Shown piece after piece: positions 30,575 to 39,995 of a stretch of 64,000 nt of DNA (position 1 is its first letter; the number at the start of each line of letters is the position of its first letter). The DNA lies in assembly GCA_002366835.1 (NCBI GenBank), contig DFBZ01000147.1:13649-77648 (forward strand), written 5' to 3'. A program made the position numbers and the translations under genes. Origin of the DNA: Gammaproteobacteria bacterium UBA3067. GTDB lineage: Bacteria > Pseudomonadota > Gammaproteobacteria > Pseudomonadales > UBA3067. Under the pieces are notes generated by a model. That model saw only the letters and a program-made list of their open reading frames with translations, ran no database searches and was not told the DNA's origin.

Positions 30575-31419
30575 GTAACTCTTTGGCGGTTCAAACACTT
30601 TTGGATGAGACTCAGTACCTCGTATCGCCACCCAAAGTTTACATGAAACTAAAAGCAGCCCTCGAAGACCCAAGCACAGACTTCGGTGACTTAGCGCAGC
30701 TTATTAGCACGGATGTTTCCATTGCAGCTCGCCTACTCAAGGTTGCAAATAGCGCCATGTTCAACTTTCCCGGACAAGTTAGCAGCATCGATCGAGCGCT
30801 TTCCCTAATAGGTACCCAGCAAACGGTAGATCTGATATTAGCTACTGAAGTACTAAAATCAATTTCCGGAATTAAAAGCGATATATTTTCCGTTGAAGAA
30901 TTTTCAAAACACAGCCTAGGATGCGCCATTTCTGCCCGAGTACTTGCCCAGTATAAAGGCGAGCATGATATTGAAGCCCACTTTGTCAATGGGCTGCTAC
31001 ACGATACCGGACGTTTACTGTTATTTGTAAAGTATCCAGACGCTCAAAAAGCGCTTCTTGAAACGAACAAAAACGAATCAGCCCCACTTCGAGCACTCGA
31101 AACACAGCAGTATGGAATCAGCCATGAGGAAATTGGCGCCGCTTTATTTAGATCTTGGGGCTTGCCCGAGGCACTAGTGGAATGCACTGCGTACCATCAC
31201 ACCCCCATGTCCTCAGAACACCACAGTTTTTCAGCTGCGATAGTACACGTTGCAGACTGGATCACACACGCCATCCCCATGGGGGGCAATGGAGAGAACT
31301 TCGTACCCGCACTAGATGAAAGTGCATGGCTATCACTAGGTATTCCTGAAAGTTCTCTGGAAATGATAATGACGGAAATAAATAAACAATATAATTCAGC
31401 TCTTAGCCTGTTACTTTAG
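30571..31419 (+). CDS. HDOD domain-containing protein
   Basis: 282 aa. LPSPPKVYMKL-type N-terminus (VSPPKVYMKLKAAL), IDRALSLIG, GLLHDTGRLLL, HEEIGAALFRSWGLP. Confidence 0.85.
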   Translation: MSNSLAVQTLLDETQYLVSPPKVYMKLKAALEDPSTDFGDLAQLISTDVSIAARLLKVANSAMFNFPGQVSSIDRALSLIGTQQTVDLILATEVLKSISGIKSDIFSVEEFSKHSLGCAISARVLAQYKGEHDIEAHFVNGLLHDTGRLLLFVKYPDAQKALLETNKNESAPLRALETQQYGISHEEIGAALFRSWGLPEALVECTAYHHTPMSSEHHSFSAAIVHVADWITHAIPMGGNGENFVPALDESAWLSLGIPESSLEMIMTEINKQYNSALSLLL

Positions 31420-31504
31420 CCGAGGTATTTTTTAAAGCAACAAGGTAAATATTCGTCTAAAGCAAACATCAATCCAATCATTCAGAACTTATTGTGTAGT
31501 AGTT

Positions 31505-33454
31505 ATGGAAGACAGAAAAGAAAACAGGCAGCTTCTAAATACAGGTTTAGAAGCACGCTTAAGCCACCTGGAAGAAACCAATCGCTGGCACCTGCACACC
31601 CTTAACGTTATAAGTGCCCTGTGCAGCCTTTACCAAAAGCCAAATATAGGCAAAGACCCAGCCCATCTTATAAGAGAAACTGTCCCCTTTATATTACAAG
31701 TCACCCCCTTTTCAACGGTGGGTTTCTGCTCCCTCTCTGCTTCCAAAAGTGATATTGAGTTGGACTACGTTAATAAGCAAGAAGAAGAGAGTAATCTACG
31801 CAATATTCTTGAGCATTTAATCGCATCGGGGGAGTTTGCATGGTCTTTACACAGCCATATTCCACAAGTGCATCACGTCAATAAACAAACCCTTGTTCTC
31901 GCATCTATCGCAACACCAACTCGCATTCGTGGCATTTTTATTGGACAGATTTCTCCTAATGCGGCTTTTAAGGAGCACCATAAAAAGGGTTTGCATGCCA
32001 TTATACAACACTGCGCCTACGCCCTAGAAAGCAATGAACTACAACACGTGATAAAGGGCCAAAATGAACATCTGATAAAGTCATTTGTTTCTCAAAATGC
32101 CAAACTTAAGGCTCAAAATAATGTAGACCAGCTCACCCACCTTCCTAATCGACAACATTTTCAAAGCGTAGCTGAGCAACACCTAGAGCACGCGACATCC
32201 ACCGGCGAAAAGTTGGCCATTGTCTTACTTAATTTAGATTTATTTAAAAGGGTGAATGAAAGTCTCGGGCATAATACTGGAGACCAGCTACTTCAGACCA
32301 TCAGTCAGCGTTTGCTACAAAGCCTGAAAAAGGCAGAAATAAATAGCACCACACAGGATTGCCATAGCGCCTACACCCTGAGTCATTTTGGTGCCGATGA
32401 ATTCTGTATTTTACTGACCGATATATGCTCCCTGGAACAAATTGAAAAAGTAATACTTCGGCTCAGCGCTGACTTTTCCAAACCCCTTACATTCGATACT
32501 GGAGAAATAATACAAACCTTTAGCGCCGGCATCAGCCTGTTTCCAGACAATGCAAAAACCGCAGAGGAGCTACTTCAATTTGCAGATATTGCATTAGACC
32601 GAGCGAAAGAAAAGGGGCGAAACCAACATATTTTTTATACTAACGATGAGAAATTCCATGTAGTGAATCAGCTGGGCTTATCAAGAAACTTACACAGGGC
32701 GCTGGAAAAAAATGAGTTTGTTCTTTATTTTCAACCGCAAATAAACACCCTAACAGATAAAGTTACCGGTATCGAAGCCCTTATCCGCTGGACAGATCAC
32801 ACGGGCCACTCAACCCCCCCCGACAAATTCATCCCGTTAGCAGAAGACACCGGTTTAATCATCCCTATTGGCCGTTGGGTTATCGAAGAAGCATGTAAAA
32901 GTCTGAAACACCTACAAGACCTGGGTTTCGTGGATATTCCAATATCTATCAATATCGCAGCTCAGCATTTTTCTGAGCATAATTTTGTCGAGGTACTTTC
33001 CAGTACGGTTGAAAAATACCAACTCAATACAGAAATGATTGAACTGGAGTTAACCGAGAGAACGGTCATGGGTGACATCAAAGCCACCGTTTCGACTTTG
33101 ATGGAGTTACGCAACGCGGGCTATAAAATCGCCATTGATGACTTTGGCACCGGTTATTCCTCCTTGAGTTACATCAAACATCTGCCGATAGATCGATTAA
33201 AAATAGACAAATCATTTATTGCAGACATCCCTGCCGACAAGGGAAGCATCGCAATTGTAAAAGCGATTACTCAACTTGCCCATGGTATCAATATGGATGT
33301 GATTGCAGAGGGGGTCGAAAACCTTACGCAGGTGAATTTGATTAACTCACTGGGATGCAGTGAAGCCCAGGGTTACTTATACAGCAAACCCCTTGGCATT
33401 GAAGAACTCATTGGTTTTTTGAAAAAACCTAACAAGCGCGTAGAAAAAGCGTAA
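31505..33454 (+). CDS. Sensor-GGDEF-EAL protein (variant GADEF site, intact EAL)
   Basis: 649 aa. DQLTHLPNR..HFGADEFCILL marks the GGDEF domain with GADEF. The EAL set is complete: EALIRW, ELTE, DDFGTGYSSL, KIDKSF, EGVE, QGY. Confidence 0.9.
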   Translation: MEDRKENRQLLNTGLEARLSHLEETNRWHLHTLNVISALCSLYQKPNIGKDPAHLIRETVPFILQVTPFSTVGFCSLSASKSDIELDYVNKQEEESNLRNILEHLIASGEFAWSLHSHIPQVHHVNKQTLVLASIATPTRIRGIFIGQISPNAAFKEHHKKGLHAIIQHCAYALESNELQHVIKGQNEHLIKSFVSQNAKLKAQNNVDQLTHLPNRQHFQSVAEQHLEHATSTGEKLAIVLLNLDLFKRVNESLGHNTGDQLLQTISQRLLQSLKKAEINSTTQDCHSAYTLSHFGADEFCILLTDICSLEQIEKVILRLSADFSKPLTFDTGEIIQTFSAGISLFPDNAKTAEELLQFADIALDRAKEKGRNQHIFYTNDEKFHVVNQLGLSRNLHRALEKNEFVLYFQPQINTLTDKVTGIEALIRWTDHTGHSTPPDKFIPLAEDTGLIIPIGRWVIEEACKSLKHLQDLGFVDIPISINIAAQHFSEHNFVEVLSSTVEKYQLNTEMIELELTERTVMGDIKATVSTLMELRNAGYKIAIDDFGTGYSSLSYIKHLPIDRLKIDKSFIADIPADKGSIAIVKAITQLAHGINMDVIAEGVENLTQVNLINSLGCSEAQGYLYSKPLGIEELIGFLKKPNKRVEKA

Positions 33455-33525
33455 AACATTTACTGCTCGAGTGGCGGTTTTTCAACACTGTGGGTAGCTA
33501 TTCAACAAACCCCGTACCCATTCGT

Positions 33526-34074
33526 CTAATAAGTCAGCCGTAACCCAAAGTGCAAGCCGTTATCAATACGCCCTTTACCACCGTTATCCATTTTGATTCT
33601 GATGTGTCGATATCCGACATAGATATTTGCCTGACTCAGTATCTGATACTCTAGCCGCATCGCGGTTTCAATGTATCGCTTTACATCATCGAACGATACG
33701 ACATCTGGCCCATAATAAAGCTGCCCGCCTAAACCCAAACCTGGAAACGCTGGCAGCGCATAGTGAAAAAAACCACCCAGTGCCATTCCCAGGCCATCAA
33801 CATTCTTAGCATCAAAAGCGTAAAGGTGACCACCTATACCGACGTAACTTCCATCCGCAAGGCTTTCGATTACCGACACACCCGCAGTAATTAGGTCGCG
33901 ATCATCCTCATGGTGCAAGCCGGAAAGAGAAAGGTTCAGCCCGGATTCATTAATAGGCCCCCTCACGGCTAGACGAATAGCCTCATCACGTAAATTTATA
34001 TCTAAAGAGGATGCCTGAACGCTAAAACACGCACATATAGCCAGAATGGAACATGCTACTGATAAAAATCTCAT
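33526..34074 (-). CDS. Small outer-membrane beta-barrel protein, YfaZ-like
   Basis: 182 aa with a signal peptide (..CFSVQA), Gly/aromatic-rich strands and a C-terminal ..GLRLTY. The family assignment is tentative. Confidence 0.5.
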   Translation of the reverse strand: MRFLSVACSILAICACFSVQASSLDINLRDEAIRLAVRGPINESGLNLSLSGLHHEDDRDLITAGVSVIESLADGSYVGIGGHLYAFDAKNVDGLGMALGGFFHYALPAFPGLGLGGQLYYGPDVVSFDDVKRYIETAMRLEYQILSQANIYVGYRHIRIKMDNGGKGRIDNGLHFGLRLTY

Positions 34075-34153
34075 TAAAAATTCAACCCTTAATCTATGGA
34101 TACTAACGATGCCGAAGCATAATTAATTTACCGAAAAGTTTCCAGTAGCAGAT

Positions 34154-34510
34154 CTATTTACCGAGAAAGGATTCTTTAAGGGATTCCATCCAGATTATGG
34201 CGTCATGTGCCGACAGTTGCAGATATTCCCAAACGCGCGGGCCATTACCGGTACTATACAAAAGTACGGAGGTTCCAAGGGCGAGTAAAACGACGCCACC
34301 GAGAACAAAAGGAAAGCCAGCTTTGCTCTGGCCATCGCCCATTGTCGCAACGTCCTGCTTTGATGATTGAACAGGCTTCCGTCCTATCTTAATGGCCTTT
34401 AAATCTGCCAACACCTCAAAAAAGCCGCTATAACGCGCTTCCGGATTCAACTGCATTATTTTGAATAATGACATTCTGAAGCGGCTTTGGGAACGCATCA
34501 AACTGCGCAT
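34154..34510 (-). CDS. C-terminal continuation of the kinase gene in a shifted frame (end of kinase lobe, TM anchor, short tail)
   Basis: From ..KIMQLNPEARYSGFFEVLADL (kinase subdomain XI) through a TM helix (FPFVLGGVVLLALGTSVLLY). Only the part downstream of about 34468 looks genuinely coding. Confidence 0.55.
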   Translation of the reverse strand: MRSLMRSQSRFRMSLFKIMQLNPEARYSGFFEVLADLKAIKIGRKPVQSSKQDVATMGDGQSKAGFPFVLGGVVLLALGTSVLLYSTGNGPRVWEYLQLSAHDAIIWMESLKESFLGK

Positions 34511-35957
34511 TTGTACAGAGCTTTCCCGACTGCCACTCTGGGGGCTGCTGACTGGCCGTTAGCATTTGGTAAAACAATACGCCAGCGGCATAGACATCGG
34601 TCTTGACTGATTTCTCTTCCCCCAGGTGGTTGTACCAGTTCCCCCCCTCTTGGCCACCACCGTAATGCTCATCGAAACCAAAGTCTGATATTTTTGCCTG
34701 GCCTTTTGAAGTAAATAATATATTCCTAGGTCGCAGATTTCCGTGAATAATTTGATTCCGGTGAGCGTAATCCATTGCCTCACAGATTTGGGTGGCAATG
34801 GAAATAAAACTTTTCCAGCCAAAAGGCTTAATCAGGCGATCCTGTAAACAGCCGCCCTTTAGGTATTCCATAACGGAAATAAAGACCCGATCATTTTTAG
34901 AAACACCTTTTACCGTAACGATATTTGGGTGGTGCAGCTTATGCAGTAGCTTGCTCTCACGAAAACCAGCACTACTGTTGGTACGCTTTTTTATGACCAA
35001 TAAATCATGCTGCACTTTATCTTCAAATAGATAAACGGCACCAAATTCGTCCTCCTTGATGACGTCTAGCAGCGAAAACTTATCCTCCGCCTTGGAAACC
35101 GTCTTTTTTGCGCGTTCTTTTTGTGCTGGTGCTAAATGGGCTCCGTGCATCACCTTGAGCAACAGGTTTTTTATTTCACTGGCGGAGCGGGGCCGCTGCG
35201 ATTCATCGGGGCATAAACAACGCTCAATGACTTTATCAATAGCCTTGGGAATATTTGGGTTCTGGGTGGAGGGAAGTTCAAAACGCCCCAGCGGCAATAT
35301 ACCGGTTACCAATTCATAAAATAGTACGCCAAAGGCATAGAGATCACTTTGAACTGAAGTGTTGTCGGCCGACGCGTGTATTTCAGGTGCCATATAGGCA
35401 GCGGTCCCCATAACATCACCCACCTGGGTGTGGTGATCTTCATTTTTATTAGATGCTTGTGTTTTTTCGCAAAAGTGCGCAATACCGAAATCCAGTACAT
35501 AGGCGTGATTTTGCCGATCCATCAAAATATTTGCAGGTTTAATATCCCGATGAATCACGCCGTTATCATGAGCGTAGGCCAGAGCCTTACAAATCTGAAC
35601 GGCGATATGGATACGCTGGGATAACTTAAGATCGCCCTTTTCAATTAAGTCCTTAAGGTCGGCTCCCTTAACGTATTCCATCACAAAATAGGGTTGCCCC
35701 TTAGAGGTAATACCTCTATCAATAACATCGATAATATTAGGATGATTTAGCCGAGCGATGATAAGAGATTCCCGCTCGAAGCGCGACTTAACATCCTTTC
35801 GATCCAAAAGTGTCTTCTTGAGAACTTTTAATGCAACGGGGCGTTCTAAAGAGGTTTGCACCCCTTTATACACAGTGGCCATTCCACCGTGACCAATTCT
35901 TTTTTTGAACCTGATAACCGCCGAGATGCATAAACCTTCACTATCCATAAAGGGCAT
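34428..35957 (-). CDS. Hanks-type Ser/Thr protein kinase with tandem kinase and pseudokinase domains (frame interrupted near its 3' end)
   Basis: Domain 1 motifs: IGHGGMATVY, ALKVL, HRDIKPANIL, LDFG, YMAPE. Domain 2 motifs: LVIKK, HGNLRPRNIL (Asp replaced by Asn), SDFG. Confidence 0.85.
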   Translation of the reverse strand: MPFMDSEGLCISAVIRFKKRIGHGGMATVYKGVQTSLERPVALKVLKKTLLDRKDVKSRFERESLIIARLNHPNIIDVIDRGITSKGQPYFVMEYVKGADLKDLIEKGDLKLSQRIHIAVQICKALAYAHDNGVIHRDIKPANILMDRQNHAYVLDFGIAHFCEKTQASNKNEDHHTQVGDVMGTAAYMAPEIHASADNTSVQSDLYAFGVLFYELVTGILPLGRFELPSTQNPNIPKAIDKVIERCLCPDESQRPRSASEIKNLLLKVMHGAHLAPAQKERAKKTVSKAEDKFSLLDVIKEDEFGAVYLFEDKVQHDLLVIKKRTNSSAGFRESKLLHKLHHPNIVTVKGVSKNDRVFISVMEYLKGGCLQDRLIKPFGWKSFISIATQICEAMDYAHRNQIIHGNLRPRNILFTSKGQAKISDFGFDEHYGGGQEGGNWYNHLGEEKSVKTDVYAAGVLFYQMLTASQQPPEWQSGKLCTNAQFDAFPKPLQNVIIQNNAVESGSAL

Positions 35958-36100
35958 AAAACGCCCACAAAAATACCCCTACTTTTGAGTATAGGCGAAG
36001 GACATGTGAAGGAAGGATTAAAAAATTTTCTAAACGGGAGGGGAACGAAAGGCCAACAAGAACGACAGAAGCTCTTGTCGGCTTATCACTTAGGAGCTTA

Positions 36101-37561
36101 TTAGCCTAAGAATTTAGTAAAATAGTTCATCACTTTGAGGGCCTTATCGGGATATGGTGCCTTCACATACTTGGAAGGTGCCATACGCTTGTTCTGAAAC
36201 AAAACACCCTTTTTATGTGAGAACTCCTCAAAGCCATCAAAGCCGTGATAGCGCCCTAAACCACTTGGCCCACTTCCACCAAAAGGCAGGTTTTCATGCG
36301 CAATATGCAGCATCGTATCGTTCACACAGGCACCGCCAGAAACAGTCTGACTTAAGACTTCCTGCGCTGTATCCATATTTTCATCGAAATAATACAAGGC
36401 AAGCGGACGCGGCCCATCATTGACATATTGAATTGCTTCACTGATGTGCTTGTAGGTTTTCACGGGTAAAACTGGCCCAAAAATCTCCTGCTGCATCACC
36501 GCCATTTCGCTATTCACACCGGTAATAATAGTGGGGGGAACCACACGACTGCCCTCTGGCAGCTGTTCGTTTTGGGGGTTCACTTGAATAACGTTCGCGC
36601 CCTTGTTCCTCGCATCTTCAATCAAGCCCAACACACGCTGGTGATGGCGATCGTTGATGATCCAGGTAATATCCTGGTTGTTGACCAAAGAAGGGTAACG
36701 CTCTGCATAACGAGCCGTAATATAGTTAACGAACTCCTGCTCTTTTTCTTCGGGTAGCAATATATAGTCTGGCGCGATACACGTTTGCCCTGAATTTACG
36801 CATTTACCCATTAATAAGCGATCTACCGCTTTTTCTATCGGGTAGTTACGGCTGATAATGACGGGCGACTTACCACCCATTTCAAGGGTAACAGGAGTCA
36901 GGTTTTTGGCTGCAGCTTGCATGACTTTTTGGCCAATGGAGGTGCCGCCTGTGAACATAAGGTGGTTAAATGGCAGCTCTGCGAATTGAGCCGCTACAGT
37001 CACGTCGCCAGTGATGACTGTTACATGGTCTTCGTCGAAATTATTGGCGATTAGTTCCTTAGCGACTTCGCCCACTGCGGGCGTCAAATCGGGTGGCTTA
37101 ATCATGCAGTGATTACCCGCACCTAACACACCTACCAGGGGTGAAAAAATCATCGCAACGGGATAGTTCCAAGCACCCAGGATGCCCACAACCCCTTTGG
37201 GTTGGTACATGATTTGCCCTTTGGCACCGGCTGCCTGAAAACTGAACGGTGCTTTTTGAGGTTTCATCCACTTCTTCAGCTTGCCTTTATGGGCCGCTGC
37301 TTCTCCCGCCACTGCCAACACTTCACTGGCCAGGGTTTCGTGGGGAGAGCGGTGGCCAAAGTCACTTTGTGCCGCTTCAACCAACTGATCCTTATACTGG
37401 ATCACAGCTTTCTGTAAACGAGTGAGATGCTCCTTACGCTGATCACAAGTCGGTGCGCCACGCCGCTTAAACGAGGCCTTTTGGCGATTCAACGTTTCTA
37501 AATAGGGGTTATCTTGCAGCTGGCCTGATACACTGGCCAACACGGGTTGTGGACTAGACAT
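36101..37561 (-). CDS. NAD(P)-dependent aldehyde dehydrogenase (coniferyl-aldehyde dehydrogenase-like)
   Basis: 486 aa with LEMGGKSP and the catalytic Cys in SGQTCIAPDY. The N-terminal region is typical of the CalB-like subgroup. Confidence 0.88.
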   Translation of the reverse strand: MSSPQPVLASVSGQLQDNPYLETLNRQKASFKRRGAPTCDQRKEHLTRLQKAVIQYKDQLVEAAQSDFGHRSPHETLASEVLAVAGEAAAHKGKLKKWMKPQKAPFSFQAAGAKGQIMYQPKGVVGILGAWNYPVAMIFSPLVGVLGAGNHCMIKPPDLTPAVGEVAKELIANNFDEDHVTVITGDVTVAAQFAELPFNHLMFTGGTSIGQKVMQAAAKNLTPVTLEMGGKSPVIISRNYPIEKAVDRLLMGKCVNSGQTCIAPDYILLPEEKEQEFVNYITARYAERYPSLVNNQDITWIINDRHHQRVLGLIEDARNKGANVIQVNPQNEQLPEGSRVVPPTIITGVNSEMAVMQQEIFGPVLPVKTYKHISEAIQYVNDGPRPLALYYFDENMDTAQEVLSQTVSGGACVNDTMLHIAHENLPFGGSGPSGLGRYHGFDGFEEFSHKKGVLFQNKRMAPSKYVKAPYPDKALKVMNYFTKFLG

Positions 37562-37849
37562 GATGAGTTCCTTGTACGCTTATGGTTTATTTTTATTTAA
37601 GTGCAATAAAATATCGTTGATGGTCATCCCTGAACGACGACACTTTTCACTTGAACAGATCGAGAGTTTCATATTATTAAAAATAAGTCTGAAACATCCC
37701 AAGTCGATCCAATTCTGCAAGTTACGCCCTTGAAAAACAGCTGTCAAACCACATTCACAAAAAACCAGCCCCCAAGCAATGAACGTTTTTATTATTCGGC
37801 ACAAACCGCTTAAACGCGCCAAAATGTGTTTTTATTTCTGGATCAACTT

Positions 37850-38272
37850 ATGGATCAAACAGTAACTTTATGGGGGCTATTTATCAGCGCCCTTATCTCA
37901 TCCACCCTAGCCCCTGGAGGCTCTGAGGTGCTGCTGGCTTATTTAGTCAGTGAGAAAACATATTCCAACGCGTTACTATTATTGGTAGCGAGCACCGGTA
38001 ACACACTGGGCGCCTTAATTACCTGGCTCATGGGATATATAGCTGCCAAGCGTTTCCCCCTCGACACCCGTATTCTTAAAAAAAATGCCCATGCAATGGA
38101 ACTGCTAAAACGCTGGGGTGTGTTTGCCCTCCTATTTTCATGGTTACCCGTTATTGGCGATGGTTTGTGTTTAGCGGCAGGCTGGTTACGTTTTTCGTTT
38201 TTTGCATCTTTACTGCTCATTGCGATCGGCAAGGTCGCTCGTTACTCGGTGGTGATTTATCTGTTTCATTAG
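37850..38272 (+). CDS. yqaA: YqaA-family (DedA/SNARE-associated-like) inner-membrane protein
   Basis: LFISALISSTLAPGGSEVLLAYLV, LKRWGVFALLFSWLPVIGDGLCLAAGWLR. Collinear with E. coli YqaA. Confidence 0.75.
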   Translation: MDQTVTLWGLFISALISSTLAPGGSEVLLAYLVSEKTYSNALLLLVASTGNTLGALITWLMGYIAAKRFPLDTRILKKNAHAMELLKRWGVFALLFSWLPVIGDGLCLAAGWLRFSFFASLLLIAIGKVARYSVVIYLFH

Positions 38273-38845
38273 CAAAATCGAACCAATCAACACGCCCGCA
38301 AGCGCTCCGTACAAGTGGGAGTCAACCAACACATGGCCGCCAATTAACTCAGACATAGAGTTGCTGTAATAGTTGGTGTGCTCCCAGATAATCTTCCCAA
38401 AAACCCCCACCAGTAATATCACGTTGTTAAAAAAGAGATTGCGTAAATCGAGAATACCCCCAGCCACTACCAGACCATGCAGAGCGCCAGACAAACCCAC
38501 ATATCCAATGACTTCCGGCGAAAAAAACCACAAACCAATACTGGTTCCCAGCAAGGAAAAAACAAACACCAGAAGCCAGGTATGACTGCGCAAAACCTGG
38601 TGCAATAACAGTGTTACCAACCACATTCCAAGCAAGTTAAATAAAAGATGCATATCGCCCAAATGACACAGATGCCCCGTAACCAAGCGCCAGTACTCCC
38701 CCTGTTCTATGGAAGTACGCTGATAACGCAGCCACTGAGTCGCAACAGGATCTAAGACAAAAATACTCAATGATATGATGCTCACAATAATTGGGGCATA
38801 GGCAGCGGTAGCCATTATTGTTACTTTCTTTTTATTCAAGAACAC
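38210..38845 (-). CDS. Rhomboid-family intramembrane serine protease, rhombosortase-like
   Basis: YWRLVTGHLCHLGDMHLLFNLLGMWL and the catalytic GLSGALHGL. Small size (about 200 aa). Converges on and overlaps yqaA by 63 bp. Confidence 0.6.
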   Translation of the reverse strand: MFLNKKKVTIMATAAYAPIIVSIISLSIFVLDPVATQWLRYQRTSIEQGEYWRLVTGHLCHLGDMHLLFNLLGMWLVTLLLHQVLRSHTWLLVFVFSLLGTSIGLWFFSPEVIGYVGLSGALHGLVVAGGILDLRNLFFNNVILLVGVFGKIIWEHTNYYSNSMSELIGGHVLVDSHLYGALAGVLIGSILLMKQINHHRVTSDLADRNEQ

Positions 38846-38996
38846 TCCTCACAGGAAGAATAGTAGGCCTATAATGTGCTTGTTCAGCCATAAATATAAA
38901 CAATAATGAACAACTCACAAGCATAGAGACCTTTATATGAAGGATTATTTTAAAGCCGTGCAACGATTTCGTATCCGCATGCACAAGGCGAATCAA

Positions 38997-39995
38997 ATGC
39001 ATTGCAAAAAGCTTCTGCTATCGTCACTTTTTCTTTTGATTGGCAGCCAAGTCTTACACGCGAAGTCTTGCCCTGAAAACGATACGCTGGACCCAACAAG
39101 CAAAATTCACTCGAACCTTTGGGGCAGCACACTTAACAACAACCGCTTTCAGCCTGGTGAAAATGCAGGCATTCGTGCTGCCGATGTACCCCGTTTGAAA
39201 CTGAAGTGGGCCTACTATTTACCACCACGTTTTCCCGGCACAAGTGAGTTGCGCTCCCAGCCAGCGGTTACCGAAGATACCTTATACCTCGGGACACAAG
39301 ATGGCACCGTTTACGCCCTCGACACAGAGTCCGGCTGCACTCGATGGACTTACAAAAATGATATCCAAGTTCGAAGCGGTATCATACTAAGCGACATCGA
39401 CAGCAATGGCCCCCGTATGCTGTTTTTTGGTGATGACGATGGCTTCGTTACCGCGCTTAATGCCACTAGCGGAAAAAGGCTGTGGAAAACAGAAATGGAC
39501 CCTCATCCCAATGCCTTGATTACTGCGGCCCCCACCTTATATAAAGACCAACTCTACGTCTCTGTTTCTTCTCTCGAAGTCATTACAGCCATGAACCCTC
39601 TCTATAACTGCTGCACATTCCGTGGCTCAGTGGCGCGCGTGGATGCTCGCACAGGGAAGATAGCCTGGCAAACCTACACCACCCCCAAGTCGGAGGAGAC
39701 CGGGAAAAATAAGCTGGGAGTGCAAATGTGGGGGCCATCTGGGGCACCAGTCTGGAATACGCCTTCCATCGATATTAAACGCAACGCCCTTTACGTGGGC
39801 ACCGGGGAAAACTATTCAACACCCGCCTCAAAGAAAATGGATTTGATCTCGACGTTGGTGCCAACACCCTATTATTTAATATGGCCGATGGCAGTGATGA
39901 GCGCTATATCTACGCCCCCAACTCCGACTACGAACTCAGCTTCCTCAATATTATCGAGGCACGACGCCCTCCCGGGGAGAAAAGCCCCAGCTTAA
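38997..39995 (+). pseudogene. PQQ-type beta-propeller dehydrogenase-like protein, N-terminal reading frame (frameshifted)
   Basis: Signal peptide MHCKKLLLSSLFLLIGSQVLHA. Repeats GTVYALDTESGCTRW and GFVTALNATSGKRLW, plus a vicinal CC in YNCCTFRGSVARVDARTGKIAWQ. Sensible sequence ends at ..GENYSTPASKK, after which the frame reads as nonsense. Confidence 0.6.

Noticed and set aside
36027-36040. Exact 14-mer TTTTCTAAACGGGA shared with 63046-63059.
   Set aside because: Matches of this length are expected by chance in a 64-kb two-strand comparison, and the flanks do not align.
37580-37822. 80-aa reverse-strand ORF between the aldehyde dehydrogenase gene and yqaA.
   Set aside because: It is Cys-rich with an improbable sequence, has no RBS, and fills a divergent promoter region.
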